From assembly GCA_050174015.1 (NCBI GenBank), contig JBFXKG010000003.1:96001-160000 (forward strand): a stretch of 64,000 nucleotides of DNA, written 5' to 3'. Of this stretch, positions 1 to 8,319 are shown one piece after another. The position numbers and the translations under genes are program-made. The notes under the pieces were generated by a model. It did not search any database. It saw only the letters and a program-made list of their open reading frames with translations, and had not been told where the DNA came from. The stretch is from Candidatus Krumholzibacteriia bacterium (GTDB taxonomy: Bacteria > Krumholzibacteriota > Krumholzibacteriia > LZORAL124-64-63). The stretch's first letter is position 1, and every line of letters starts with the position of its first letter.

Positions 1-2
1 GC

Positions 3-3000
3 GTGGACGTGGACGTGGTCTTCTCGGCCGGCGGGCTGTGCGGCAGCCACTTCGACGCCAACCTGCACGTCCTGAGCAACGACGCCCTGAATCCCGACGT
101 CGTCGTCGCCGCAGGTCTGGATCTGATCGGAACCCCGGACATCGCGGTCGACCATGCGGCCCTGGACTTCGGTCCGGTCTACGTCACGGCCACGGGCAGC
201 CTGGACTTGACGGTCTACAACAACGGCTGCGCCGACCTGACGGTGTCCGGCGTGACCAGCGACCACGGAGACTTCACGACCGACGCCGGGACGCCCTTCG
301 TCCTGACCGCCGGCAGTTCCGCGGTCGTGACGGTGTCCTTCGCCCCCTCCGCGGCCGGCGCCATCGGCGGAAACCTGTCGATCGCCAGCGACGACGCCGA
401 CACGCCCGTTCTGGTGGTGCCCCTGTCCGGCGTGGGCCTGGACTTCCCCGACATCGCCGTGGCTCCGGACTCGTTGACCGAAACCCTGCCCACTGGCGGG
501 ACGGCCTCGCAGACGGTGACCATCACCAACAACGGGCTCGGCGACCTGAACTTCACCATTCCCGAGCCCGAGTACCTGTCCACCGCCAAGCGGAACGTCC
601 ACCTCTCGAGCAACAGCAAGCCCATCGAACTGGCCAAGGACGCGGCCGACCCCCGCGTGGGCGCTCCGGTCCTGTTCGGCGCCGGGGGGCCCGACCTGTT
701 CGGCTACCGGTGGCAGGACAGCGACGAACTCGGCGGCCCCAGCTACAACTGGGTCGAGATCAACGGGCTGGGCACGCAGATCGCGATGGCCGACGACGAC
801 AACGAGGCCGGTCTGCCCATCGGGTTCACCTTCCCGCTCTACGGCAACGATTTCACGACGTTCAACGTCTGCTCCAACGGCTGGATCAGCTTCACCAGCA
901 CCTCGACCGGCCTGACGAACTACGAGCTGCCGAGCACCAGCGCGCCCGAAAACATGCTCGCGCTGTTCCACGACGACCTGAATCCGTCCAGCACCGGCTG
1001 GATCGGGTACTACAACGACGGCCAGCGCCTGATCGTCGAGTACCAGGGCGTCCCCCGGTACAGCACCCTCGAGCTGTACACCATGCAGGTCCATCTGTAT
1101 CCCAGCGGGCGGATCGAGTACCACTATCAGACCATGCAGGCCGGACGCCTGAACGAGGCCACCATCGGTATCCAGAACGGCGACGGCACCGACGGCCTGA
1201 CCGTGGCCTTCAACGCCCTGTACGTTCACGACGCCATGGCCATCCGCTTCCAGGCCCAGGAGCCCTGGCTGTCCGCCACGCCGGCCTCCGGCACGGTGGC
1301 TCCGGGCACGAGCCTGGACGTGACGGTGGGATTCGACGCCTCGGGCCTGTGCGGCGACCAGTACCTGGCCAACCTGCACGTCCTGAGCAACGACCCAGAC
1401 ACGCCGGACGCGGTGGTGCCCGTGGCCCTGAACCTGCTGGGCGAACCCGAAGCGGTGCTGGCTCCGGTCAGCCTGGACTTCGGCGCCGTGCAGCTGACCC
1501 AGTCGGCCGTGCTGGCGGTCGGCCTGGGGAACAACGGTTGCGCCACCCTGGAGGTCAGCGACCTGGTCATCGACAACCCGGTGTTCACGGTGGATGCGGT
1601 CGCCCCGTTCAGCGTGGCCCCGGGCTCGGGCGCGACCTTGAACGTGACCTTCACGCCCGCGGACACGGACACCGCCCTCGGCGTGATGACCCTGACCACC
1701 AACGATCCGCTGGAGCCGGTGCGGACCGTGACCCTGCTGGGCGTCGGCCAGGCCATCGGCCAGGTCAGCGTCACCCCGGTGCCCATGGAGGAGCGGGTGC
1801 AGATCGGCGGGACCAGGACCGCCGTCATGACGATCAGCAATTCCGGCGGCGGCGATCTCGACTTCAGCATCCCCTCGCCGGTGATGTACGACAAGCTGGT
1901 GGCCGAGATGGGCGATCTGACGCCTCCGCCTTTCGTGGAGCAGCCCAAGGACAAGGCCGACGACGGGTTCGGCGTCATGCCCCTGGGCAGCGGCGGGCCC
2001 GACGCCTACGGCTACCAGTGGATGGACAGCGACGAGACCGGCGGGCCGGCCTTCGCCTGGGTCGACATCAGCGCGACCGGGACCGTGGCCATGTCCAGCG
2101 GGGACGACTCGAACCTCGGGCCGTTCCCCATCGGGTTCACCTTCAACTTCTACGGCACGGACTTCACCACCTTCAGGGTGTGCTCCAACGGGTTCCTGAC
2201 CTTCGACAGCACCCTGACGGCCTACACGAACCAGCCGTTGCCCTACGCCAGCGGGCCGACCAACCTGATCGCGCCCTTCTGGGACGACCTGAACCTCACC
2301 AACGGGGGGACGATCTACTACGAGATCGTGGGCGGGGACCTGGTCGTGATGTTCGACGAGGTCATGCCTTACGGCAGCAGCAGCGGGACCGGTCCGTTCA
2401 CTTACGAGATCATCCTGTCGCCCTCGGGCAAGATCACCCTGCAGTACCTCAGCCTGGTGGGATCCCCGGCGAGCTACACCGTGGGCATCCAGGACGGAAC
2501 CCGGACCGTGGGTCTGAACATCGCCTACAACACCCCGTACCTGCACGACAACATGGCGATCGAGATCCGCGGCGCCCTGAACTGGCTGTCCTGCAGCCCG
2601 TCCTCGGGGACCGTGCCCGCCGGCGGCAGCATCGACGTCGACGTGAACTTCGACGCCGCCGACATGGACCTGGGCTTCCACGACGGCCTGCTCGTGGTCC
2701 AGACCGACGATCCGTTGACTCCCGAAGTCCAGGTGCCCGTGACCATGGAGGTCGTGGACCTGTCCGGCGTGGAGCAGCGGGATCTGCCGCGGGCGACGGT
2801 GCTCGACCAGAACGCGCCCAACCCGTTCAATCCCCAGACGAACATCAAGTTCGCCCTGCCGCAGGCCGCCCACGTCGAGCTGAAGGTCTACGACGTGCGC
2901 GGGGCCCTGTTGCGGACCCTGGTCTCGGGTCACCTCGAGGCCGGCTATCACACCTCGGTCTGGCGCGGCAAGGACGACCACGGCAAGCAGGCTCCTTCGG

Positions 3001-3068
3001 GGGTCTACTTCTACCGTCTGGAAGCCGACGGCAAGCTGATGACCAGGCGGATGACGATGATCAAGTGA
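3..3068 (+). CDS. Large secreted repeat protein (5'-truncated by window): Ig-like ASH/choice-of-anchor-D domains, nidogen-like GGPD-FGY-W-DSDE domains, C-terminal FlgD-Ig/T9SS-like sorting domain
   Basis: Open from window edge with typical GC-rich codon usage; repeated LDFGxV...N.GC..L.V and GGPDx(F/Y)GYxWxDSDExGGP modules; C-terminus LDQNAPNPFNPQTNIKF...WRGKDDHGKQAPSGVYFYRL...RRMTMIK. Confidence 0.85.
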   Translation: MDVDVVFSAGGLCGSHFDANLHVLSNDALNPDVVVAAGLDLIGTPDIAVDHAALDFGPVYVTATGSLDLTVYNNGCADLTVSGVTSDHGDFTTDAGTPFVLTAGSSAVVTVSFAPSAAGAIGGNLSIASDDADTPVLVVPLSGVGLDFPDIAVAPDSLTETLPTGGTASQTVTITNNGLGDLNFTIPEPEYLSTAKRNVHLSSNSKPIELAKDAADPRVGAPVLFGAGGPDLFGYRWQDSDELGGPSYNWVEINGLGTQIAMADDDNEAGLPIGFTFPLYGNDFTTFNVCSNGWISFTSTSTGLTNYELPSTSAPENMLALFHDDLNPSSTGWIGYYNDGQRLIVEYQGVPRYSTLELYTMQVHLYPSGRIEYHYQTMQAGRLNEATIGIQNGDGTDGLTVAFNALYVHDAMAIRFQAQEPWLSATPASGTVAPGTSLDVTVGFDASGLCGDQYLANLHVLSNDPDTPDAVVPVALNLLGEPEAVLAPVSLDFGAVQLTQSAVLAVGLGNNGCATLEVSDLVIDNPVFTVDAVAPFSVAPGSGATLNVTFTPADTDTALGVMTLTTNDPLEPVRTVTLLGVGQAIGQVSVTPVPMEERVQIGGTRTAVMTISNSGGGDLDFSIPSPVMYDKLVAEMGDLTPPPFVEQPKDKADDGFGVMPLGSGGPDAYGYQWMDSDETGGPAFAWVDISATGTVAMSSGDDSNLGPFPIGFTFNFYGTDFTTFRVCSNGFLTFDSTLTAYTNQPLPYASGPTNLIAPFWDDLNLTNGGTIYYEIVGGDLVVMFDEVMPYGSSSGTGPFTYEIILSPSGKITLQYLSLVGSPASYTVGIQDGTRTVGLNIAYNTPYLHDNMAIEIRGALNWLSCSPSSGTVPAGGSIDVDVNFDAADMDLGFHDGLLVVQTDDPLTPEVQVPVTMEVVDLSGVEQRDLPRATVLDQNAPNPFNPQTNIKFALPQAAHVELKVYDVRGALLRTLVSGHLEAGYHTSVWRGKDDHGKQAPSGVYFYRLEADGKLMTRRMTMIK

Positions 3069-3098
3069 TCACCCGCCCGTAAGGATGACTGGATGGAA

Positions 3099-3128
3099 GA
3101 CCGCCGGACCCGCGAGGGTCCGGCGGTC
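3099..3128. terminator. Perfect 13-bp hairpin between convergent genes (putative bidirectional terminator)
   Basis: GACCGCCGGACCC-GCGA-GGGTCCGGCGGTC between stops at 3068(+) and 3157(-); no long U tract. Confidence 0.65.
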
Positions 3129-3156
3129 GTCTATCCGCCAGGGAAGAGGGGAAGGG

Positions 3157-4641
3157 TCAGCTGCCGGCCAGGTCCGCCAATCGGTGCTGCAGGCTCTGGA
3201 CCTGAAGCAGCAGGGGGAAGTCGGGATCGGCCCGGGCCAGCACTGCCGCCGCCCGATCCAGCAATCCGGCGGCGTCCTGGAAACGGTCCAGCATCAGGCA
3301 GGCCTCCGCCGCGGTGACCAGGGCCCGGGGATGGTTGGGATTCAGGGCGAAGATCTCCCCGGCCTGCCCGAGAGCTTCCTCGGGGCGGCCGGCCGCCAGC
3401 AGGCAGATGCCGAACTGCTCCCTCAGCGGGACCAGGTCGTGGGTTTGCTGCCGGCCGGCGTGGAGGCCGAGGGCGCGGCTCCAGTGGGCTGCCGCCTCGT
3501 CGTACAGGCCGAGGTTGCCGGCGATCAGGGCGCGGAACTCGTGTTCGAGGGCTTCGAGCCGGGCCAGGCCGGCGGGCTTGTCATGGTACCGGGCCTGTCG
3601 CCGCCAGTCGCCGAGGAAGGAATCCACGACCGCGGCCGCCAGGCCGGGGTCGGACGAGACGGCGAGCCTCATGCCGCGGAAAAGCAGGGCTTTGGGGTGG
3701 CGGGGATACAGGACGATGAACTCGGCCGAAGCATGGTCGAGTTCGTCCCAGAGCTGATGGGCGTAGTAGGACCCCACCGCGAATTCCCTCACCTGGGCCT
3801 CGAAGGCGGTTCCGGCCATCTGCCGGCCGATCTCCGCGAGCAGGCCGGTCCCCTTTGCGACCTGGCCCTGCGCCAGGTACACCCGGGTCAGGTTCAGCAG
3901 GGAGGGCAGGTAGTCCGCCTGCAGCGAAAGGGCCTTCACCAGCTGTTCCTCGGCCTCGGGATACCGTCCCAGCTCGGTCAGGACCTCGCCCAGGGAGTCG
4001 TAGGGATTGGCGGCATCCGGGGCGAGGAAGGCGTACCGCTGCAGCATGTCCAGGGCCTCGGTGAACTCCCCGCGGTAGAAGTGGAGGTAGCCCAGCTCGT
4101 TGTAAGCCAGGGCGAAGTTGGGATGATCCCGGAGGATCCGGCGGTAGTGGCGGGCTGCCGCCTCGGGGTCGTCGGCGCGCTTGGCCTGGTTCGCCAGGCC
4201 CGTCAGCAGGATCAGGTTGTCGGGCGCGGCCTTCTGCAGGGACTCCAGCAATGAGTCCCTGGCGGCGACCCACTGCTTGCAGCCGTTGTCCGCCAGGCGC
4301 AGCTGGATGGTCATGCGCTCGACGGGATGGGGCACGTCCGGGACGAGGGCCGAGGCCAGGTCGGCGAGGGAATCGGCAGCGGCCTTGCGGCCCTGCCTGG
4401 CGTACCCCTCGGAGAGGGCGGCGGCGGCCATGGCGAATCCGGGGTCCAGGGTCAGGGCCTTTTCGAGCTTGGCGACCCCGGCGGCGAACTGGAAGGCCGT
4501 CAGGTGGTCATCGCCCTGCCGGTAAAGGGTATACGCCTCGGCGCTGGAGGTGCTCAGGGGAATGCGGTTGTGGACGGCGATTCCCCATCCGAGGAGGATG
4601 ACGAGGGCCAGGGGGGCCAGGAATTTCAGGACCTTGACCAA
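3157..4641 (-). CDS. Exported/membrane-anchored tetratricopeptide-repeat protein
   Basis: TTG start, N-terminal hydrophobic segment, multiple TPR helices (AYNELGYLHFYRGEFTEA, PYDSLGEVLTELGRYPEA). Confidence 0.8.
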   Translation of the reverse strand: MVKVLKFLAPLALVILLGWGIAVHNRIPLSTSSAEAYTLYRQGDDHLTAFQFAAGVAKLEKALTLDPGFAMAAAALSEGYARQGRKAAADSLADLASALVPDVPHPVERMTIQLRLADNGCKQWVAARDSLLESLQKAAPDNLILLTGLANQAKRADDPEAAARHYRRILRDHPNFALAYNELGYLHFYRGEFTEALDMLQRYAFLAPDAANPYDSLGEVLTELGRYPEAEEQLVKALSLQADYLPSLLNLTRVYLAQGQVAKGTGLLAEIGRQMAGTAFEAQVREFAVGSYYAHQLWDELDHASAEFIVLYPRHPKALLFRGMRLAVSSDPGLAAAVVDSFLGDWRRQARYHDKPAGLARLEALEHEFRALIAGNLGLYDEAAAHWSRALGLHAGRQQTHDLVPLREQFGICLLAAGRPEEALGQAGEIFALNPNHPRALVTAAEACLMLDRFQDAAGLLDRAAAVLARADPDFPLLLQVQSLQHRLADLAGS

Positions 4642-4817
4642 AGAGGCGCTCCAGGGCGAATCCGGATGGGAATGTCGCGAACAAGGGCCTGAGAAGGTAC
4701 GGAATTATCGCGTGCAGGTTGCGAGTGAATACCCCTGATTTCCAATTGGGATTAATGGTAGGATGGAGTTGATCGCCCGATTTCAGCACGGGTTTTTCGA
4801 CCCGAGAAAGGACTCGC

Positions 4818-6368
4818 ATGATCGAGCGGTTATCCCGTTTCCCTGCCCGGCGCTGGTTGGTCCTGGGTTTGACCCTGATCCTGGCCGGATGCACCGCCCG
4901 GGTCGTCAAGCGGGAGTGGGTCCCCTTCGAAGATCTCCATTCCCTGGACGGCCGCGCGCCGTTCCTCAAGGCCCACCTGCACGGCGGCCAGCTCATCGTC
5001 CTGGAGGACTGGGCGGTCCAGGACGAGGCGCGCACGGTCACGGGCCGGGGCGTCAGGTACGGCCTCGCCCGGCAGGTGATCGCAGAAGGCCCCATGACGG
5101 TGGCGGTGGACTCCGTCGCCATCTTCGAATCGAACGTGATCCACACGACCGGCTCCATCGCGCCCCTGGCGGTCATCACCGTCGCCTCGGCTGCCCTCAC
5201 GGTCTATTGCCTGTCCAATCCCAAGGCGTGCTTCGGATCCTGTCCGACCTTCTACGCCGATGGCGAGGAGGGATCCATCCTCCAGGCCGAAGGTTTTTCC
5301 GCCAGCGTGGCGCCCGCCCTGGAGGCTGACGACGTCGACGCCCTGTACCGGGCCCGCACGGAGGGACGCCGGTTCACGCTGAAGATGACCAACGAGGCCC
5401 TGGAAACGCACGTCGTTCGGCAGGCCGATCTGCTGGTCGCCCCGCGTCCCGAAGGCGGACGGGTCTTCCAGGCGGGAAGGAACCGGTTCCTGGCGGCGAC
5501 CGGCTTGACACCGCCACGGACTGCCACCGGTCCTGAAGGAGATTGCCTCGACAGGCTCGTCGCATACGATGGATCCGAGAGGTTCAGCGCCGCCGATTCG
5601 GTGGATCTTGCGGGGCGGGAGACCCTGGACCTGACCTTCGCGGTGGCCCGGCCCGGTCCCAAGGGTCTGGTGATCGTCTCGCGCCAGTCCCTCCTGAGCA
5701 CCTACCTCTTCTATCAGGGCCTGGCGTTCCTCGGGGAGCAGGCGGCAGGCGCCCTGGTCAAGGCCGAGCAGGTGCTCGAACCGGAACCTGGCAAGACCAC
5801 GATCGGGGGCCTGCTGGGCCGGATCGAGGTGGCCTGCCTCGGGCCCGACGGAACCCGGTCTCCCGCCGGATCGGCTGGAGAGACGGGACCGCTGGCAACC
5901 AACGTCCACCTGGTGGAGCTGGGCAGGCAGGAACCCGGTGAGCTGGACGTCCGGCTCCAGCTGGCGAAGGGGCACTGGCGGATCGATCAGGTCATGCTCG
6001 TCGATCTGGAGGGAGAGGTGGCCCCGGTCCGTCTCCGGCCTCGCCGGGTGGTGTCGGGCGGAAGGGACGACCCCGAGGCCCTCGCCAAGCTCCTGGATCC
6101 GGAGGGGATCCTGGTCACCTTCCCGGGCGACTCCTACGACATCACCTATGACCTGCCGGCCGTCGAATACGGCCACGAACTGTTCCTGCACAGCCGCGGT
6201 TACTACCTGGAGTGGATGAGGCAGGAGTGGATGACCGAGGAGGATCCGGCCCGGGCGGCCATGCTGCTGCTCGCGCCGGGTGCGGCGCTCAGGGCGCTGG
6301 CTCCGGAATTCAAGGCAATGGAACCCGACATGGAGGCACAGTTCTGGGGGAGCCGCTATGCGCGCTAG
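4818..6368 (+). CDS. Hypothetical lipoprotein with CxxxPKACFGSCPTFY motif
   Basis: AAGGA RBS, lipobox LILAG-C, internal hydrophobic helix followed by a Cys cluster; 516 aa. Confidence 0.75.
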   Translation: MIERLSRFPARRWLVLGLTLILAGCTARVVKREWVPFEDLHSLDGRAPFLKAHLHGGQLIVLEDWAVQDEARTVTGRGVRYGLARQVIAEGPMTVAVDSVAIFESNVIHTTGSIAPLAVITVASAALTVYCLSNPKACFGSCPTFYADGEEGSILQAEGFSASVAPALEADDVDALYRARTEGRRFTLKMTNEALETHVVRQADLLVAPRPEGGRVFQAGRNRFLAATGLTPPRTATGPEGDCLDRLVAYDGSERFSAADSVDLAGRETLDLTFAVARPGPKGLVIVSRQSLLSTYLFYQGLAFLGEQAAGALVKAEQVLEPEPGKTTIGGLLGRIEVACLGPDGTRSPAGSAGETGPLATNVHLVELGRQEPGELDVRLQLAKGHWRIDQVMLVDLEGEVAPVRLRPRRVVSGGRDDPEALAKLLDPEGILVTFPGDSYDITYDLPAVEYGHELFLHSRGYYLEWMRQEWMTEEDPARAAMLLLAPGAALRALAPEFKAMEPDMEAQFWGSRYAR

Positions 6369-6942
6369 GATCTTCGGCCTTGCTCTCGCCCTCCTCGCCC
6401 TCGCCGGTTCAGGCGGGTGCGGATCGGCGTTCACCGATCCGCCCCGGGACTGGCTTCCCCCACCGCCTTCGGCGCAGAGCGACGTCTATGGCGGCTGGAT
6501 CAGCATCGTGCCCGCGGAAGGCCGGGGACGGCTGGTGGGAGAGTTCATCGCCGTCGATCCGGACAGCGTCTACGTCCTGAACGGCTGGGGATTGCAGGCC
6601 ATTGCCAGGGAGAGGGTGCGGAAGGCCAGGGTCTCGGGTTACCAGAAGGACGGGGGACTCTCCAACTGGACCGCCCTGGGCACCACCTCCACCCTGTCCC
6701 ACGGGTACGGTCTGGTCCTCAGCCTGCCTCTCTGGATCATCGTGGGGACCGCCAGTTCAGGCGGTTACAGCAGGGAATGCAGCCTGGAATACCCCAGGGA
6801 ACCCTGGGAGGAGATGGCCGCGTTCGCCCGGTTCCCCCTGGGACCACCTGCAGGGATGCGCGAGATACGATTGGGAGAGAGGACGTTCCTCGACTGGGAC
6901 AAGCTGGCGTCGAGAAACCGGGAGGTGAAAACGCCCGAGTGA
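6358..6942 (+). CDS. Hypothetical lipoprotein
   Basis: ATG at 6358 after GGGGAG, overlapping upstream stop; signal MRARIFGLALALLALAGSGG-C; internal hydrophobic hairpin. Confidence 0.7.
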   Translation: MRARIFGLALALLALAGSGGCGSAFTDPPRDWLPPPPSAQSDVYGGWISIVPAEGRGRLVGEFIAVDPDSVYVLNGWGLQAIARERVRKARVSGYQKDGGLSNWTALGTTSTLSHGYGLVLSLPLWIIVGTASSGGYSRECSLEYPREPWEEMAAFARFPLGPPAGMREIRLGERTFLDWDKLASRNREVKTPE

Positions 6943-7029
6943 TCCGGTTGACATCATCGCGGTTGCGGCTGGATCACGGGACCGGGTGCTGTTATCCTGA
7001 CGGTGGACGTCCATCCCGGGGGAATGGCC

Positions 7030-8319
7030 ATGGCCCACCGCACCGTGAAATCCGGCTACGACAGCTTCGTCGAGCGCCTGAACAAGGCGCCCCAGGGCGC
7101 ACCGCCGTCCCACCTTTTGAACCGGATCCTGGCGATGCTGATGAGCGAGCGGGAAGCCGGCCTGCTGGCCCTGCTGCCCATCAAGCCCTTCCGGGCGGCC
7201 CAGGCCGCCCGCGCCTGGAAACTGCCCGAGGCCGAGGCGAGAACCATCCTCGACACCCTGGCCTCCAGGGCCTTGCTGGTGGACATCGAGAAGAAGGGCG
7301 AACCGGTCTACGCCCTGCCGCCGCCCATGGCGGGCTTCTTCGAGTTCAGCCTCATGCGCACCCGCGGGGACATCGACCAGAAGGCCCTCAGCGAGCTCTT
7401 CCACGAGTACCTGAACGTGGAGGAGGACTTCGTCAAGGCCCTGTTCACCGAGGGTGAGACCCAGCTCGGCCGCGTCTTCTTCCAGGAACCCGTCCTGACC
7501 AGCGAGAGCGCGGCCCACGTCCTGGATTACGAACGCGCCAGCGAGGTGATCCGCACGGCTTCCCACATCGGCGTGGGGATGTGCTACTGCCGCCACAAGA
7601 TGCAGCACCTGGGGAAGGCGTGCGACGCGCCCATGGACATCTGCATGACGTTCAACGGTTCGGCCGAATCGCTGACCAAGCACGGGCACGCGAGGGCCAT
7701 CGACGCCCATGAATGCCTGGACCTGCTGGACCTCGCCTACGAGCGCGGCCTGGTCCAGTTCGGCGAAAACGTCCAGAAACGGGTGAACTTCATCTGCAAC
7801 TGCTGCGGATGCTGCTGCGAGGCGATGATCGCCCAGCGGCGCTTCTCCCACCTGCATCCGATCCACACGAGCAACTTCCTGCCGGAAGTGGCCGCCGCCG
7901 ACTGCAACGGCTGCGGCAAGTGCGTCAGCGCCTGTCCGGTGGAGGCCCTTTCCCTGGTGTCGACCAACGACCCCCAGCGGCCGAAGGCCAAGGCGGCCCG
8001 GCTGGACCCCGAGCTGTGCCTGGGCTGCGGGGTCTGCGTCCGGGCGTGCACCAGGGATTGCATCGAGCTGAAACCGAGGGCGGCCCGGGTGATCACCCCC
8101 CTGACCAACGCCCACCGCTACGTGATGATGGCGGTCGAGCGGGGCAAGCTGCAGGACCTGATCTTCGACAACCAGGTGATGGCGAGCCACCGCCTGCTGG
8201 CGGCCCTGCTGGGGTCGGTCCTCAAGCTGCCGCCGGTCAAGCGCGCCATGGCCGGCAAGCAGTTGCAGTCGCGCTACCTGGAGGCCTTGCTGGGCCGATC
8301 GTCCAAAGGGACGGTGTAG
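7030..8319 (+). CDS. 4Fe-4S dicluster domain-containing protein
   Basis: CYCRH, ICNCCGCCC, CNGCGKCVSACP and CLGCGVCVRAC motifs; alternative ATG at 7024. Confidence 0.85.
   Translation: MAHRTVKSGYDSFVERLNKAPQGAPPSHLLNRILAMLMSEREAGLLALLPIKPFRAAQAARAWKLPEAEARTILDTLASRALLVDIEKKGEPVYALPPPMAGFFEFSLMRTRGDIDQKALSELFHEYLNVEEDFVKALFTEGETQLGRVFFQEPVLTSESAAHVLDYERASEVIRTASHIGVGMCYCRHKMQHLGKACDAPMDICMTFNGSAESLTKHGHARAIDAHECLDLLDLAYERGLVQFGENVQKRVNFICNCCGCCCEAMIAQRRFSHLHPIHTSNFLPEVAAADCNGCGKCVSACPVEALSLVSTNDPQRPKAKAARLDPELCLGCGVCVRACTRDCIELKPRAARVITPLTNAHRYVMMAVERGKLQDLIFDNQVMASHRLLAALLGSVLKLPPVKRAMAGKQLQSRYLEALLGRSSKGTV

Noticed and set aside
38..3082. 1014-aa alternative-frame ORF and similar long Arg/Pro/Gly-rich ORFs (e.g. 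14506-16899, 44260-46515, 28995-31076)
   Set aside because: Shadow ORFs produced by high GC3 in real genes; low-complexity translations with no motifs.
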